Positions 24,298-36,327 of a stretch of DNA of 64,000 nt are shown piece after piece. The first letter of the stretch is position 1, and every line of letters begins with the position of its first letter. A program made the translations under genes and the position numbers. This DNA is from Pristiophorus japonicus. Lineage: Eukaryota. The stretch is taken from positions 229,462,001-229,526,000 of the forward strand of contig NC_091982.1 in the NCBI RefSeq assembly GCF_044704955.1, given 5' to 3'. The notes below the pieces were generated by a model that made no database searches, was not told where the DNA came from, and worked only from the letters and a program-made list of their open reading frames with translations.

Positions 24298-24716
24298 AGC
24301 TGTGCCTCAGTGGGTAGCACTCTTGCCTCAGAGTCAAAAGGTTGTGGGTTCAAGTCTCACTCCAGGGACTTGAGCACAAAAAAAATCTAGGCTAACACTC
24401 AGTGCAATGTTCCCTCAGAGGTGCCATCTTTTGGATAAGACGTTAAACCGAGGCCCCGTCTGCTCTCTCAAGTGGACGTAAAAGATCCCATAGCATTATT
24501 TCGAAGAAGAGCAGGGGAGTTATCCCGGTGTCCTGGCTAATATTTATTCCTCAATCAACGTAACAAAAAAAAGATTATTTGGTCATTATCACATTACTGT
24601 TTGTGCGCAAATTGGCTGCCGCGTTCCCTGTGTTGCAACAGTGACTACACTCCAAAAGTATTTCATTGGCTGCAAAGCGCCTTGAAACATCCGCTGGTTG
24701 TCAAAGGCGCTATATA
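24298..24716 (+). mobile_element. tRNA-derived Deu-domain SINE (SacSINE1/AmnSINE1-like)
   Basis: A/B-box-like head (ctcagtgggtagca...ggttcaagt), central gacgtaaaagatcccatagcattatttcgaagaagagcagggg...tcctggctaa, L2-like tail aaaggcgctatata; second copy at 34778. Confidence 0.75.
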
Positions 24717-25300
24717 GGTCTTTTACCGGCCCACTTGCTAGAGGAAACAATTTCTCTGCACTTGTTCTATCAAAACCCCTCATAATTTTTAATCCCTCCA
24801 TTAGATCTCCCTTAATCTTCTATTCAAAGCCCCTATTTCTTAACCGCTTTATCAACATGGGCTGCCACCTTCAAAGATTTGTGAATATGGAGCCCCAGGT
24901 CCCTCTGCTCTTGCACTACCCTCAAAAATGTATCTTTTACCTTATACTGCCTCTCCATATTGGGTTTTCCCAAAGTGCATCACTCACACTTATCCGTATT
25001 AAATTGCACCCATCATGTCCATTTTACCAGTTTATATCTCCTGACGTCCGGTACAATGCTGTTCACTATTTACTACGTTGTCAAGTTTGTATCGTCCATA
25101 AACTTTGAAATCACACTCCCTATCCCCAAGTCCAGGTCATTTATATACAATAAGAAAAGCAGTGGTCCTTAATACTGACCCCTGGTGGACCCCACTGCAT
25201 ACTTCTCTCCAGTCAGAAAAACATCTGTTCACCACTACTCTCTATCTCCTATCCCTTAGCCGATTTCATACCCAAGTTACCACCATCCCTTTAACCTCAT

Positions 25301-25914
25301 GCTGCAGATTTTCCGGCCCTTTGTGCTCTGTTTTTCGCTCCGCAGGAGTGGCAATGGCAGCGGTGAAGTCTTCTGGATGGGCGGTCAGCCACCAGCGCCC
25401 CGCGAGTCCGGTTTTGCGGTGGTGCGGAGCATTACCGCCCGGAAGAGCTGTGCCGGTGTGCAATGCCCCTGGTTGAGACACCAGCATGCTTTTTGACTCT
25501 GCCTGACCCGTATGTCGTGCAGTGTGCCCTGCAGTGACTGCCTGGGAAAAGGTCCGGTCCAACCTATACCGACTGCAGAGAGGTAAGTGATCCTCGGGGA
25601 AGTATGAATGTTTTTACTTTTAATTTAATTACAATTTATGTTGTGGTGGCATGGGCTATGTATTGGGAATGTTTTAGTGGGTTTTTTTTCAGGTTTTTGT
25701 TTTCTCCCCAGGTGTCTCTCGGAGCGTTCCTGGGCTGACTCTTTAGCTCGGGATGTTCCCATGCCAACGCGCGAGAGAGGTGTACACGCCTCCCTTAGCA
25801 CTGTGCTCCAGACATACAATTTTGACGACTGAGGTACAAACTGTTCTCAGGCGCAAACTTTACCGCCCCGCTGCCATTCCCCCCTCGAAATCGTCAAAGC
25901 CAAAAATCCAGCCC
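25301..25914. mobile_element. Harbinger-type MITE inserted in CR1
   Basis: Ends gctgcagatttt / aaaatccagccc, CAT on both flanks, interrupts continuous CR1 sequence. Confidence 0.6.
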
Positions 25915-26493
25915 CATGTCCTTCTGTTTTCCAAATAAGTCTGTTATGTGCTACTTTACCAAATGCTCTTTGAAAGTCTACTGCACTACCTTTATCAACC
26001 GTTCCTGTTGTTTCATAAAAGAACCAATCAGGTTAGTCAACTCCGATTTGCCTTTAACAAGTCAGTGCTGGTTGTTCCTTATTGACACATGGTTCTCCAA
26101 GTGAGTATTAATTTTCTCCTTGATAATGGTCTCTAGTAGTTTTCCCACTATTGACTTAGACGGAGTGGCCTGTAGTTACCAAGTTTATTTCTCTCCCCTT
26201 TTTCAAATAGGGGTGTAACATTTGTAATTCTCCAGACCTCTGGCACCACTCCCATATCCAAGGAGGACTGAAAGATTGTGATCAGAGCTTCCACTACCTC
26301 TATCCTTTCTTCCCTCAGGAACCTAGGATCCATCCCGTCAGGACCAGGTGACATGTTAACTTTGAGTGATGCCAAACTATTTAGCACCCCCTTTCTATTT
26401 ATTTTTTATCCTATCCAGTATCTCTACTCCCTCCTCCTCTACTACGACATTAAATACATCCCTTTCTTTTGTGATGACAGATGCAAAGTACTC

Positions 26494-26669
26494 TTACAAA
26501 AGAGAATGCTGGAAATCTGAAATAAGAACAGAAAGTGCTGGAAATGTTCAGCAAGTCAGGCAGCATGTAGAGAAACAGAGTTAATATTTCAGGTCGATGA
26601 CCTCTCTGTTTCTCGCTCCACATATGCTGCCTAATCTGCTGAGTATTTCCAGCATTTTCATTTTTTTAT
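26494..26669. mobile_element. Fold-back Penelope-type short insertion with 12-bp TSD
   Basis: TGCAAAGTACTC at 26482-26493 and 26670-26681; the two arms are inverted copies of the 21001-type repeat. Confidence 0.75.
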
Positions 26670-27391
26670 TGCAAAGTACTCATTCAGTACTTCAGTCATG
26701 CCTTCTGCCTCCACAAGCAGATTTCCTTTTTTGTCCCTAATTGGCTCCACCATTCCTTGAATGATTATTTTACTTTTTATATGTTTATAAAAGATTTTTA
26801 GGTTCCCTTTTATGTTACCCATTAATTTTTTTTTTTGCCCTTCGTATATACTTTGTCAATTTCCCCTACATTCTCTGTATTCTGCCTGGTTTTCTATAGA
26901 ATTTTGCACCTGACATTCAACATAAACATCCTTTTTCTGTTTTATTTTAATCTATATTTCCTTTGTTTTCCAGGGAGATCGAACATTGGATGTCCTATAT
27001 TTCTTCCTCATCCCTTCTCAAATCACTAAAATTGGCTCTCTTATTTTCACCTAGAAAAACACTGATTAAGGAAATTTGCCGTACACATTTTAAAAGTTCT
27101 TCAACGTCTTTGCCCTTTACACTGTCTATATTAGGGTAAACACTCAGCAATATAACAGCTCCTTTTCTGTTCCTTAACTCTAACCAAATAGATTCAGTCT
27201 TGAATCTCATGAACCTTCTACTATATCATCCCTCTGTAGAACCGTAATATTATCCTCGATCAATACTGCCAACCACTCCTTTCTTTTTTCCTTCCCTATC
27301 TCTCCTGAAGACAGATCCAGATCCTGCCCATGTTTAAGCCACGTCTCCGTCATAGCCCCATGTGGCAACTTGTGTCTGCAGCTCCAACAAT

Positions 27392-28118
27392 GGCATGGAA
27401 ATCCCGGCCTCCCCGGGTCCTTACGAAGTTTCTACGGACCCGGGAAGGCATTGGAAAAGCCGGTTTTTGCCACGCAATGCGCATGCGCTGAAAACCGGCT
27501 TTTCCGATCTGTCAAGTTTCTGGATTGACAGATCTTGCGCATCTCAGGAGCGAGGACACTTGCAGGGCAAGATTGTGGGATTTACGAATATCTTGCCCAG
27601 CAAATGTCCACAAAACTCTCGTGCCTGATAAAGGAAGGCACATCGCTTACTTTTACAGGTAATAGAATTTAAAAACATAGAAAAAGCATGATTAAAATAA
27701 AATTTTAAAAAACATATTTATGTTAAAACCCTGGCCACTCAGGTAATTTTATTTTAAACCATAATTAAAACTTTTTTAAAAATTGGCAAATTTTTTTCTT
27801 TAAAAAATATTTATCAACTTTAATTTCTATAGTGTATTTATGTGAGGTGTTTTTTTAATGGTTTATGTAGTGTTTGGGTGTGTTTCTCATTCATAGTAAT
27901 AGGAGTTTCAGATTTACAAAACTCCTATTATTGTGAATGAGAAAATACTTTACCATGACTCCTGCAGACGTCCGAACGTGAACGCGCTCCATTGCACAAG
28001 AAGAGGAGGCCTCGAGTCCGGGATCTCAGGCGGGCATTCGACCAAAAGGCAGGTGCGCATCTTCTCTCCTATTTTTAGTCGAACGCCCGTGCGAAGAAGA
28101 AACAGGGATTTCTGGCCC
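27392..28118. mobile_element. Harbinger-type MITE
   Basis: ggcatggaaatccc / gggatttctggccc TIRs, AAT TSD; reverse-orientation relative of 7923-8645. Confidence 0.8.
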
Positions 28119-28799
28119 AATATTTGTAACACTCCTTGCATTAACATACATGCATTCCAATACCATGCTAGTTTGCTTTTCTCCTCCATCTAATTCCTGC
28201 TCTTTCTACACTATTCTTAACTATGCCGCAGTTTGTCCCTTCTAATTTGTGATACACCTCTCTGCTGCTATGTCCTGGTTCCCCCTCCCCCTGCCAAATT
28301 AGTTTAAACCCTCCCAGCACAGCTCAAGTTAACCTCCGCACAAGGATATTGGTTCCAGCCCTGTTCAGATGCAACCTGTCTGGCTTGTACAGGCCCCTCC
28401 TGCCCCAGATCTGGCTCCAATGTCCCAGGAATTTGAAGTCCTTCCTTCTGCACCACTTCTCTAGCCACACATTCACCCGCACTATATTCCTGTTTCTGTA
28501 CTCACTATCAATTAGCATGAGGAGTAATCCAGAGATTACCATCTTTGAAGTCCTATTCTTTAATCTTTTTCCCAGCTCATGTAACTCTGCCTGCAGCACT
28601 TCAACCTTTTTCTTACCTATGTCATTGGTTCCAACATGGACCATGAATTCTGGCTATTCCCCTTCCCATCGCAGAATGTCCTGCATCCTGGCACCAGGGA
28701 GGCAGCACACCATTCAGCAGTTGGGAGTGGAGGCCCTACAACACATGGGTGTCCAGAAACAGCATTTCAGACCTTAACCTAAGGTGATACCACTTCAGA

Positions 28800-29150
28800 A
28801 GGGAAGTGGTCAATTTTAAAATTATCATTCAGGTGCTCATATCCCTCCATGGCCTTGCACCTCCCGATCTCTATAACCTCCTCCAACTTTAACCTTATGA
28901 CAAATATGCATTCCTCCAAATCTGGTCTCTTATGCATCCCCAATTTCCTTCTCCCTTCCATTGGCAGCCGTGTCTTCAGCCGTCTAAGCTCCAAGCTCTG
29001 GAATTCCCTCCCTAAACCTCTCTGGCTCTTTACCTGCCTTTCCTCCTTTAAGATGCTCCTTAAAACTACCTCTTTGACCACCTGTCCTAATATCTTATGT
29101 GGTTCAGTGTAAAATTTAGTCTGATACTTCTGTGAAGCACCTTAAGAAAA
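28800..29150 (+). mobile_element. L2-type LINE 3' end
   Basis: FKIII...LH...IGSRVFSRLSSKLWNSLP...SFKMLLKT, the typical L2/Crack C-terminus. Confidence 0.65.
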
Positions 29151-29279
29151 GAAAGTAAAAAAGAAAGACTTGCATTTATAGAGCACCTTTCACGACTTGG
29201 TATCTCCCAAAGCGCTTGACATAAAATGTAGTACACTTGAAATGTAGGCACTCTTGTAATGTAGGAAATACAAGTTGTT

Positions 29280-30140
29280 ATTGCTGAACTACGGCATGGA
29301 CAGCACTGCCTGTGACTGTCTTGGCCCTGAATTTCTATGCCACAGGGTTAGCCAAGGCTGCAACAGGTGACATCAGTGACATAACATTTGCTGTCCATTT
29401 CTGCATCAGGGATGTCATCAAGGCTTTGCACTTCAAGAGGAACAGCTTTATCTCCATGGAGCAAGTGAGGCACGATGAAAGAGCTAGGGACTCTGCCAGG
29501 ATTTCAGGCTTCTCAAGAGTGCAAGGAATATTTGACCGCGCACACATCGCCTTGCGTGCTCCAGATCAAGAGCAGGGCGTGTTTGTGAAGAGGAAAGGGT
29601 TCCACTGTTTCAATGTGCAGGTGATGCGTGACAACAGGCAGCACATCATTCAGGTCTGTGCCTGGTTTGCTGGTAGTAGTCATGATGTCTTCATTCTGTG
29701 CCAGTCTTCAATATCACTTCTCTTCTACCCAGACCATTGGGTGTCAGGCTGACTACCTGGGGACAGGGAGTATCCCCTGTTTAACGTGGCTCATGACTCC
29801 TGTCAACAATCCAAGCACAGAATCTCAGCAGCACAACAGGCAGAGCCTCTACCAGCGCTCTGATCGAATAAGTCACAGCATTTTGAAAATGAGGTTCCGC
29901 TGCCTGGACTGTTCTGGAGTTCTGCAGTACAGCCCCAACAGAGTCTCCAAATTCATTGTCATCTGCAGACTCCATAACTTTGCTCTGCCAAGGAGCCAAC
30001 CCGTTAAACCACGTCGGGTGGAGGAAGTGCAGGAGCAGGAAGATGATCAGGACGATGAGGATAACGAGGAAGGGTCGAAGGTGGGGGTGGCGACCAGCTC
30101 AGCAAGCTATGCGGCAGAAAATAATTGAGAAGAGGTTTAC
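29280..30140 (+). pseudogene. Harbinger (HARBI1-like) transposase relic
   Basis: FYATG, GFSRVQGIFDRAHI, RKGFHCFNVQ, GSSHD, LGDREYP, LKMRFRCLD, LHN and an acidic tail; frameshifted. Confidence 0.85.
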
Positions 30141-30420
30141 CTGAAATATCGCTCCCCTCCCAAATCCACCAACAGTCACCCCTCTTTAGTGCAATTGGAG
30201 GAAAGTAGAGATGGAAATGGAAATTTGTTGCTGAGGAGCAATCCTGAGACCTCGGACAAGTGCAACACTACCCAAAGTAAAGACTTCAAGTAAACAGGAA
30301 TAAGTAGATGGCTCATGCCTCATTGTAGCTACAATGCAAGGCGCCAGCAGTTCAACCCAGCTACGCAGTGGGTCAATGCATTACTACGAATTCTAAATAT
30401 TTATGCCCAGGAGCAAGTTT

Positions 30421-31985
30421 ACATAAGAACATGAATAGGCCATTCAGCCTCTCAAGCCTGTTCCACTATTCAATGAGATCATGGCTGATCTGTATCTTAA
30501 CTGCATTCACCTGCCTTCGCTCTATATCCTTTTATACACTTGTCTCAAAAAAAATCTATCAATCTCAGATTTAAAATTATTAATTGAGCTATGCATCTAC
30601 TGCTTTTTGTGGGAGAGTTATTCACATTTCTACCATCCTTTGCGTGAAGAAGTGTTTCCTAGCCTCTCTCCTGAATGGCCTGGCTCTGATTTTAAAATTA
30701 TGTCCAATTTTCCTAGACTTGCCCACCAGCGGAAAGATTCTCTCTCTATCTGCCCTGCCAATTCCTTTCAAAATCACCAAACCCTCAATCAAATCACGCC
30801 TTCACCCTCTATATTCCAGGGAATACAAGCCTAGTTTATGTAATCTCTCCTCATAATCTAACTCGTGGAGCCCTGGCAACATTCTGGTGACTCTGTGCTA
30901 CACTCCTTCCAAGGCCAATATATCCTTTGTAAAGTGTGATGGCCAGACCTGTACACAGTACACTAAGTGTGGCCTAACCAGGGCTTTGTATCGCTGTTGT
31001 AGAACTTCCTCCCCTTTATATTCTAGCCCTCTAATTATAAAGGCCAACATTTCATTAGCTGTTTTGATTATTTGTCATATATTTTAGTGATCTGTAAACA
31101 TTGACCCATAATCTCTTTGGGTCTCCACTGTTCCTAGCTTTTCACCATTTAAATAATACTCAGATCTATCCTTTCTTGGCTCAAAATGGATAACACCACA
31201 CTTACCTGTGTAGAAATCCATATGTCACAGTCTCTTTGTAATTTATTCTCCCATCTGTATTACTTACTATACCACTAATCTTTGTGTCAGGGCAAACTTG
31301 GATATGTGGCTCTCCATTGTGTTAGCTAAGTCATTAATAAAAAGTGAATACAGGTAGTTGAGGCTTTAGCGCTTTTCCTTGTGGGATACGACTAGTCACT
31401 TCCTGTCAATTCGAACATATACCCATTATCCCTACATTCCGTCTTCTACTGCCTAACCAATCTCCACGAGCTTTCATTTTAACGAGCAATCTCTTATGCA
31501 GAACCGCATCGACTGCCTTCTGGAAGTCCATATAAACTACATCCAAAGACATTCCCCTGTCCACTACTTTAGGTATACAAATACTGGTATAGTCTCTTTA
31601 CTCTAAATAAACAATCTTTTGAGTTCTCTATACATACATTTTTTTCCTCAAAAAAATTCAATTAGGTTCATTAGACATGACCTACCCTTTACAAATCCAT
31701 ATGGCCTTTTCCCAAATCAGCTCAAATTTCTCCAAGTGCTCAGTCACTTTGTCCTTAAGTATAGCTTCCAATAACTTCCCCGCAACAGATGTTAGACTAA
31801 CGGGTCTATAATTTCCTAGTTTCTCACCTTTGTTAAATAATGGAGTTACATTTGCAATTTTCCAATCTAAAGGAACAATTCCTGAATCCAGAGAGCTTTG
31901 GAAGTTTATGGCTGAAGCATCTGCAATTTCCTCACCTACTTCCTTTAAAACTCTGGGGTGGAAAGCATCATGTCCTGGGGGTTTA
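30421..31985 (-). mobile_element. CR1 LINE 3' portion, decayed
   Basis: CR1 tail acataagaaca...aggccattcagcc and collinear antisense RT motifs. Confidence 0.75.
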
Positions 31986-32829
31986 GGAGCATGGTCAAAA
32001 ATGCACTAATGCATTAACCCACAGTTACCACATGAGCCCAGGTAAGTGCAAAGTTCCAAACTCCATGATAAAGGAGATCCATATATTGCTGAGACAAGAG
32101 AAAAATTACAGCAGATTCATCTAGCGAATTACACAGCTCAAAGTAAGAGGATGAACACGATTACTTCTGGGAAGTGGCCTGGCAGAATTTATTGCCCGCC
32201 TGTTATAGAACCTGCAACAATTATCGTTCTATTGATTTCGATGTAACTAAATCAGGTGGGTTCTACAATGGGCAGGTGATCTGCTTTGCTACATTACTGT
32301 TCAGACTTGTATTATAGCAAGTGTAATGAAGATATGCTCTAAATCTAAACTACAAGGCTGGGTGAAGAAAACAAAATGGGCTAAATGGATTTGTTAAAGA
32401 TTATGGTGATGAAAAAGTTTTGGAGCACATATTGAAGTTCCACACAGTGAAATATTAAATAATACAAATTTATTTACCCTAATACAAGTAATCTTTTCCC
32501 TACTCTTCAAAAATATCTATTTAGCAGAATATACTTTATTCTAGCTGTTATTTTTTCATGAACGGTAAACGTTCCATAAAGTCTGTAATTTATGATGGCA
32601 TTTTAAATCGTGAAAATGTTGAGCACAGTGTGTTGTAATAAATTTGCATGTTAATGCAGCATATTACATAAACACAAGACTTAGTTTGCCATTAAAACGA
32701 CAATTAGACCACAAAAGGACCCCTTTGATCTGTATGATCAAAGGAGTTCTGATTATCCTACAGACTCAGAAGTCACATTTTATGTCCTTTTGAAGGAGTG
32801 TCAACACCTGTTCCGAGCCAATACTATGT

Positions 32830-33120
32830 TTATGCCCAGTCTTCCATTGTTCACTGTCACGAGAAAGATTGTTTGGTCCCTTGAGGAAGCATCAAATGAT
32901 CAGGGGCTAACAGCACATTCATTCCTACGAGAGCCGTATTTGAATTTTCAGCAAAGCCTTGTATGACAAGCATCATGAAATCTCTAAAGGAGGAGTGCTC
33001 TTGCTCCTTCCGACTCTTCAAAGTACAAACACTTGCAAAGTCTTTTTGGCCTTTCTTCAGTGTCCTCCAGTGATCCACCCTTTAAGGACTGTTGGTGAAG
33101 TCACTCTAGACGGGAAGAAC
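32830..33120 (-). mobile_element. Ancient RTE-like LINE relic
   Basis: Frames give RPKRL..LYFEESEGAR...RFHDAC and NLSRDSEQWK, weakly resembling the RTE C-terminus. Confidence 0.3.
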
Positions 33121-33380
33121 TAGTCCAGAGCTTGCACAACACAAGCTCCACCTCATTGCTGCCCAATTTCCCACCAGGAACCTTAGGATGGATTAGGACA
33201 CTAATTTGAACAACCAAATCAGCCTGCTACCTGTTTGAGGTGGACACCCTGGGTGACTAAAAGTTGCTTGATTCAATCTTATGTGAGGTGCACCTCTGAG
33301 GTCAATTGCGGGGTAGGGTGCCAGAGATCACAACATGATTTTGGATCCCATTGTATGTGTCCAGTTTTGGTCCCACACAT

Positions 33381-33950
33381 CGGCCCCGATATTGGTAGCC
33401 TTACCGCCCACTGCCGCCGAGTTTTGCTGCCATTTTCCCCTCGCTCCCAGTTTCCACTTGGGCTGGAGTGGGCGGGAGGGGAGTACCGCCAGGAACCGCC
33501 CACTGACGTCCTCTGGCGGCCAAGTCGCGTAAGTAGCCTCCCGCCTGCCGAGATGCCAGATGCCAGCAAGGGGAAGGACCGCTACATGGAGGCAGATCTA
33601 ATCCCGAAGGTAGGTATGAAGACATTAAAGAAAAGGTTAGTGAACATCTTTAAAACATTTTTTTACAGCGACTTACCTGGATGGTGTTCCGGTGTTATTT
33701 ATTTTGGTGATGTTTTTTACTTTTTAGAGTTCCCCCCTCCCTTGGGCTCGATTCCATCCTCAGCGGCACTTGGACGGCAAGCTCATTTGCCGCCGAGATT
33801 GAGCGCTCCCACCCGCTGCCACCCAGATTGACGGCGTAAGCCATTATTTTGTCGCCGGCGGTACTGCCACATCTTTTAGAGGAATCTTTCAAGCAAAGTA
33901 CCGCCTGGTCTCTCAGCGGCCATCGGTAGGCCTTTGGGTGGCAAATGGGT
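33381..33950. mobile_element. GC-rich MITE-like element
   Basis: Starts cggccccgatatt; architecture (taccgccc motifs, AT-rich centre) like 25301-25914; right TIR unclear. Confidence 0.4.
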
Positions 33951-34777
33951 GGACCTTGCAGCTAATGAAAACTGGGGCCATTGTAGGTGAAATAGGAGCC
34001 CTGGAAAAGCTTCAGATGAGGGCTGCTAGATTGATACCACACTTAAGGCGCTTCCTTATCATGATAGGCTTGAAGAGATGGGGCATCTTACTCCAGAAAA
34101 GCACAGATTTAGAAGAGATTTTATTGAGGTCCTTAACATAATAAAACTATTAGATTCGGCCAATGTTGATAAGTTATTTGAGTTAGTCAAATCAGGGAGG
34201 AAGGACCAGGGTACAAGATTATAAATTACGTAAGCATTGAATTAGATTAGAGGTCAGGAGGTACTTCTTTTGGCAGAGATTCATCGGCCCAGATATTTAC
34301 TCGGAGCAGGCTGGGACGTTTCCCAGACATTCTGCTGAAATTAACAGCAGGATGTCTTCTAAATTTTTCTGCAGGTTTTCCGCCCAACAACCAGCCTGAC
34401 TGGATAGGCTGTCTGCCTGTCCGGCAGGAAAGCCAGCGGCACAAGGCTGGGGAGCGGAAAGGAGGGAGAGATCAGGGGGAGATCGGGGGGTGGAGGGACA
34501 GGGGTGAGGGGGGGTAAACCATGGAGGTCAGAAGGGAAGGAAATCATGGAGGTTGGAGTGGCGGCGGGGGTGCGGAGGGGGAGTAGATCCTAGCGGTCAG
34601 GGGTGTATCCTGGTGGTCGGGAGTAGATCATAGAGGTCAAGACGGAGGTTGTTGGGGAGTTGAGGAGGAGGGTTCGGCTGATGGCAAGGTTTGTGAAGAG
34701 GTTTGCATGTTGGACCTGGAGAAAGCACTCCTGCTCCTTCTGGCCCACAAGCATTGCTGTAAGTGCACTTACAGAGT

Positions 34778-35230
34778 CAGTTGTGGCTTAGTGGGTAGCA
34801 CACTCACCTCTGAGTCAGAAAGTTGTATGCTCAAGTCCCACTCCAGGGACTTGAACACAAAAATCTAGGCTGACACTCCAGTGCTGAGGGAGTGCTGTAC
34901 TGTCAGAGGTCTTTGGGATAAGACGTTAAACCGAGGCCGTGTGTGTTCTCTCAGGTGGATGTAAAAGATCTTATGGCACTATTTTGAAGAAGAGCAGGGA
35001 AGTTATCCTTGGTGTCCTGGCTAATATTTATCCCTCAATCAACATAACAAAAACAGATTATCTGGCTATTGTCAGATTGCTGTTTGTGGGAGCTTGCTGT
35101 GCGCAAATTGGCTGCCACATTTCCCACATTACAACAGTGACTACACTCCAAAAAGTACTTTAGTGGCTGTAAAGCGCTTTGAGAAGTCCAGTGGTCGTGA
35201 AAGGCACTATATAAATGTAAGTCTTTCTTT
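34778..35230 (+). mobile_element. Deu-domain SINE
   Basis: Collinear with 24298-24716; tail gaaaggcactatataaatgtaagtctttctt. Confidence 0.75.
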
Positions 35231-36067
35231 ATTTACCTGATGGATCCGGGACTTCTCACCGTGACACCAACAACTGACCCGCCTCCTGAGAGCGGATTGG
35301 TCACCCGGCCTGACCTGCTTCTGGAAGTAGACAAGTGTGTTAACAATGACCCCCATCGATTTTTAGAACAAGCTGCCAGCTCATGCAGTGGATGCGGATA
35401 CACTGCAAGGATTCAAAAGGGTGTTCGACGAGTTCCTGAGTGTGACTGGTATCACTGCGTATAAAAGGAAGGTGGGTATTTGGAGAAGCATCTCTTGGTC
35501 ACCATGGTTTCCTGGAATCAAGCTACAAGGTGACTGGTTGGTGGTGGTGAGGTTGGAGGGTTGGGAGTGAGGGAGGTGGAGGGGGTCATGCTGTGCATAA
35601 ATTAGGGACAGGCTCAGCGGACCAGCTGGCCTTTTCCTGCCCTTTGCTTTTGTTGCTGAAACCTTTCCACACACTTTGGCTTTGTGTTTCTCTCTTCCTT
35701 TTTCTCATCATTGACAGCATTGACCCTACTCTCTGGAAGTCCCTCCTCAACCTTTAAATACCTCTGCCACCTCTAGCTTTAAAAACCTTCGAAAAATCTA
35801 TCTTTTGATCACTTCTGCTTATAGGGGGTATGGTATTGTAGCAGTTATGTTACCGGACTAGTAATCCAGAGGCCCGGACTAATAATCATAAATTCAAATC
35901 AAACCATGGCAGCTTGAGATTTTGATGTTTTGTTTTTAATTAGAAAATTAAAAATCAGTACAACTGACCACGAAGCTGCTGAATTGTTGTAGAAACCCAA
36001 CTAATGTTCTTCAGGGGAAAAAAACCTGCCATCCTTACCTGGTCTGGCCTATATGTGACTCCAGTCC

Positions 36068-36300
36068 TGTAAAGTCCTGTCCCCTCAGTACAGATTCACA
36101 CGAGGCATGTAGTGAAGTCAAGGTCACTCTGGACCTGCACCTTTATTTCACAGCTCTGGAATGCTGCACTTGCCTGAGACCTGCCCTTGCAAGTGCACCC
36201 CTGGTGGTAAGGTATGCTGGTGGTTACAGGTCATATCTTATTACAATCATGTATAGCATGTTAGGATACAGTTATATATAATAATGTAAGATACATGACA
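36068..36300 (-). repeat. Gypsy 3' LTR (15-bp deletion)
   Basis: Matches 40492-40739 except 3 substitutions and loss of atatacctgtctctt. Confidence 0.95.
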
Positions 36301-36327
36301 TCACCCTCCCCCAAGGTCTTATTGTCT

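Larger units (their letters stand above)
24020..28740 (-). mobile_element. Long decayed CR1 LINE (ORF1 esterase, APE, RT, tail) carrying four nested insertions
   Basis: VHVGTNDIG...VISGLL...DRLHLN (SGNH esterase, 28324-28644); TESIWLELRN (APE); SPGPDGMDPR...W...NVTPLFEKG...NYRP (26148-26387); CR1 tail at ~24020. Confidence 0.8.

Noticed and set aside
24298-24365. tRNA gene (A/B boxes)
   Set aside because: It is the tRNA-derived head of a SINE; no complete cloverleaf, and it continues into the Deu domain.
33235-33831. 198-aa + strand ORF
   Set aside because: Lies in a GC-rich MITE-like repeat, has a non-ATG start and no recognisable domain; likely a chance ORF.
34440-34700. G-rich tract (possible G-quadruplex)
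   Set aside because: Low-complexity interior of a truncated repeat; nothing indicates function.
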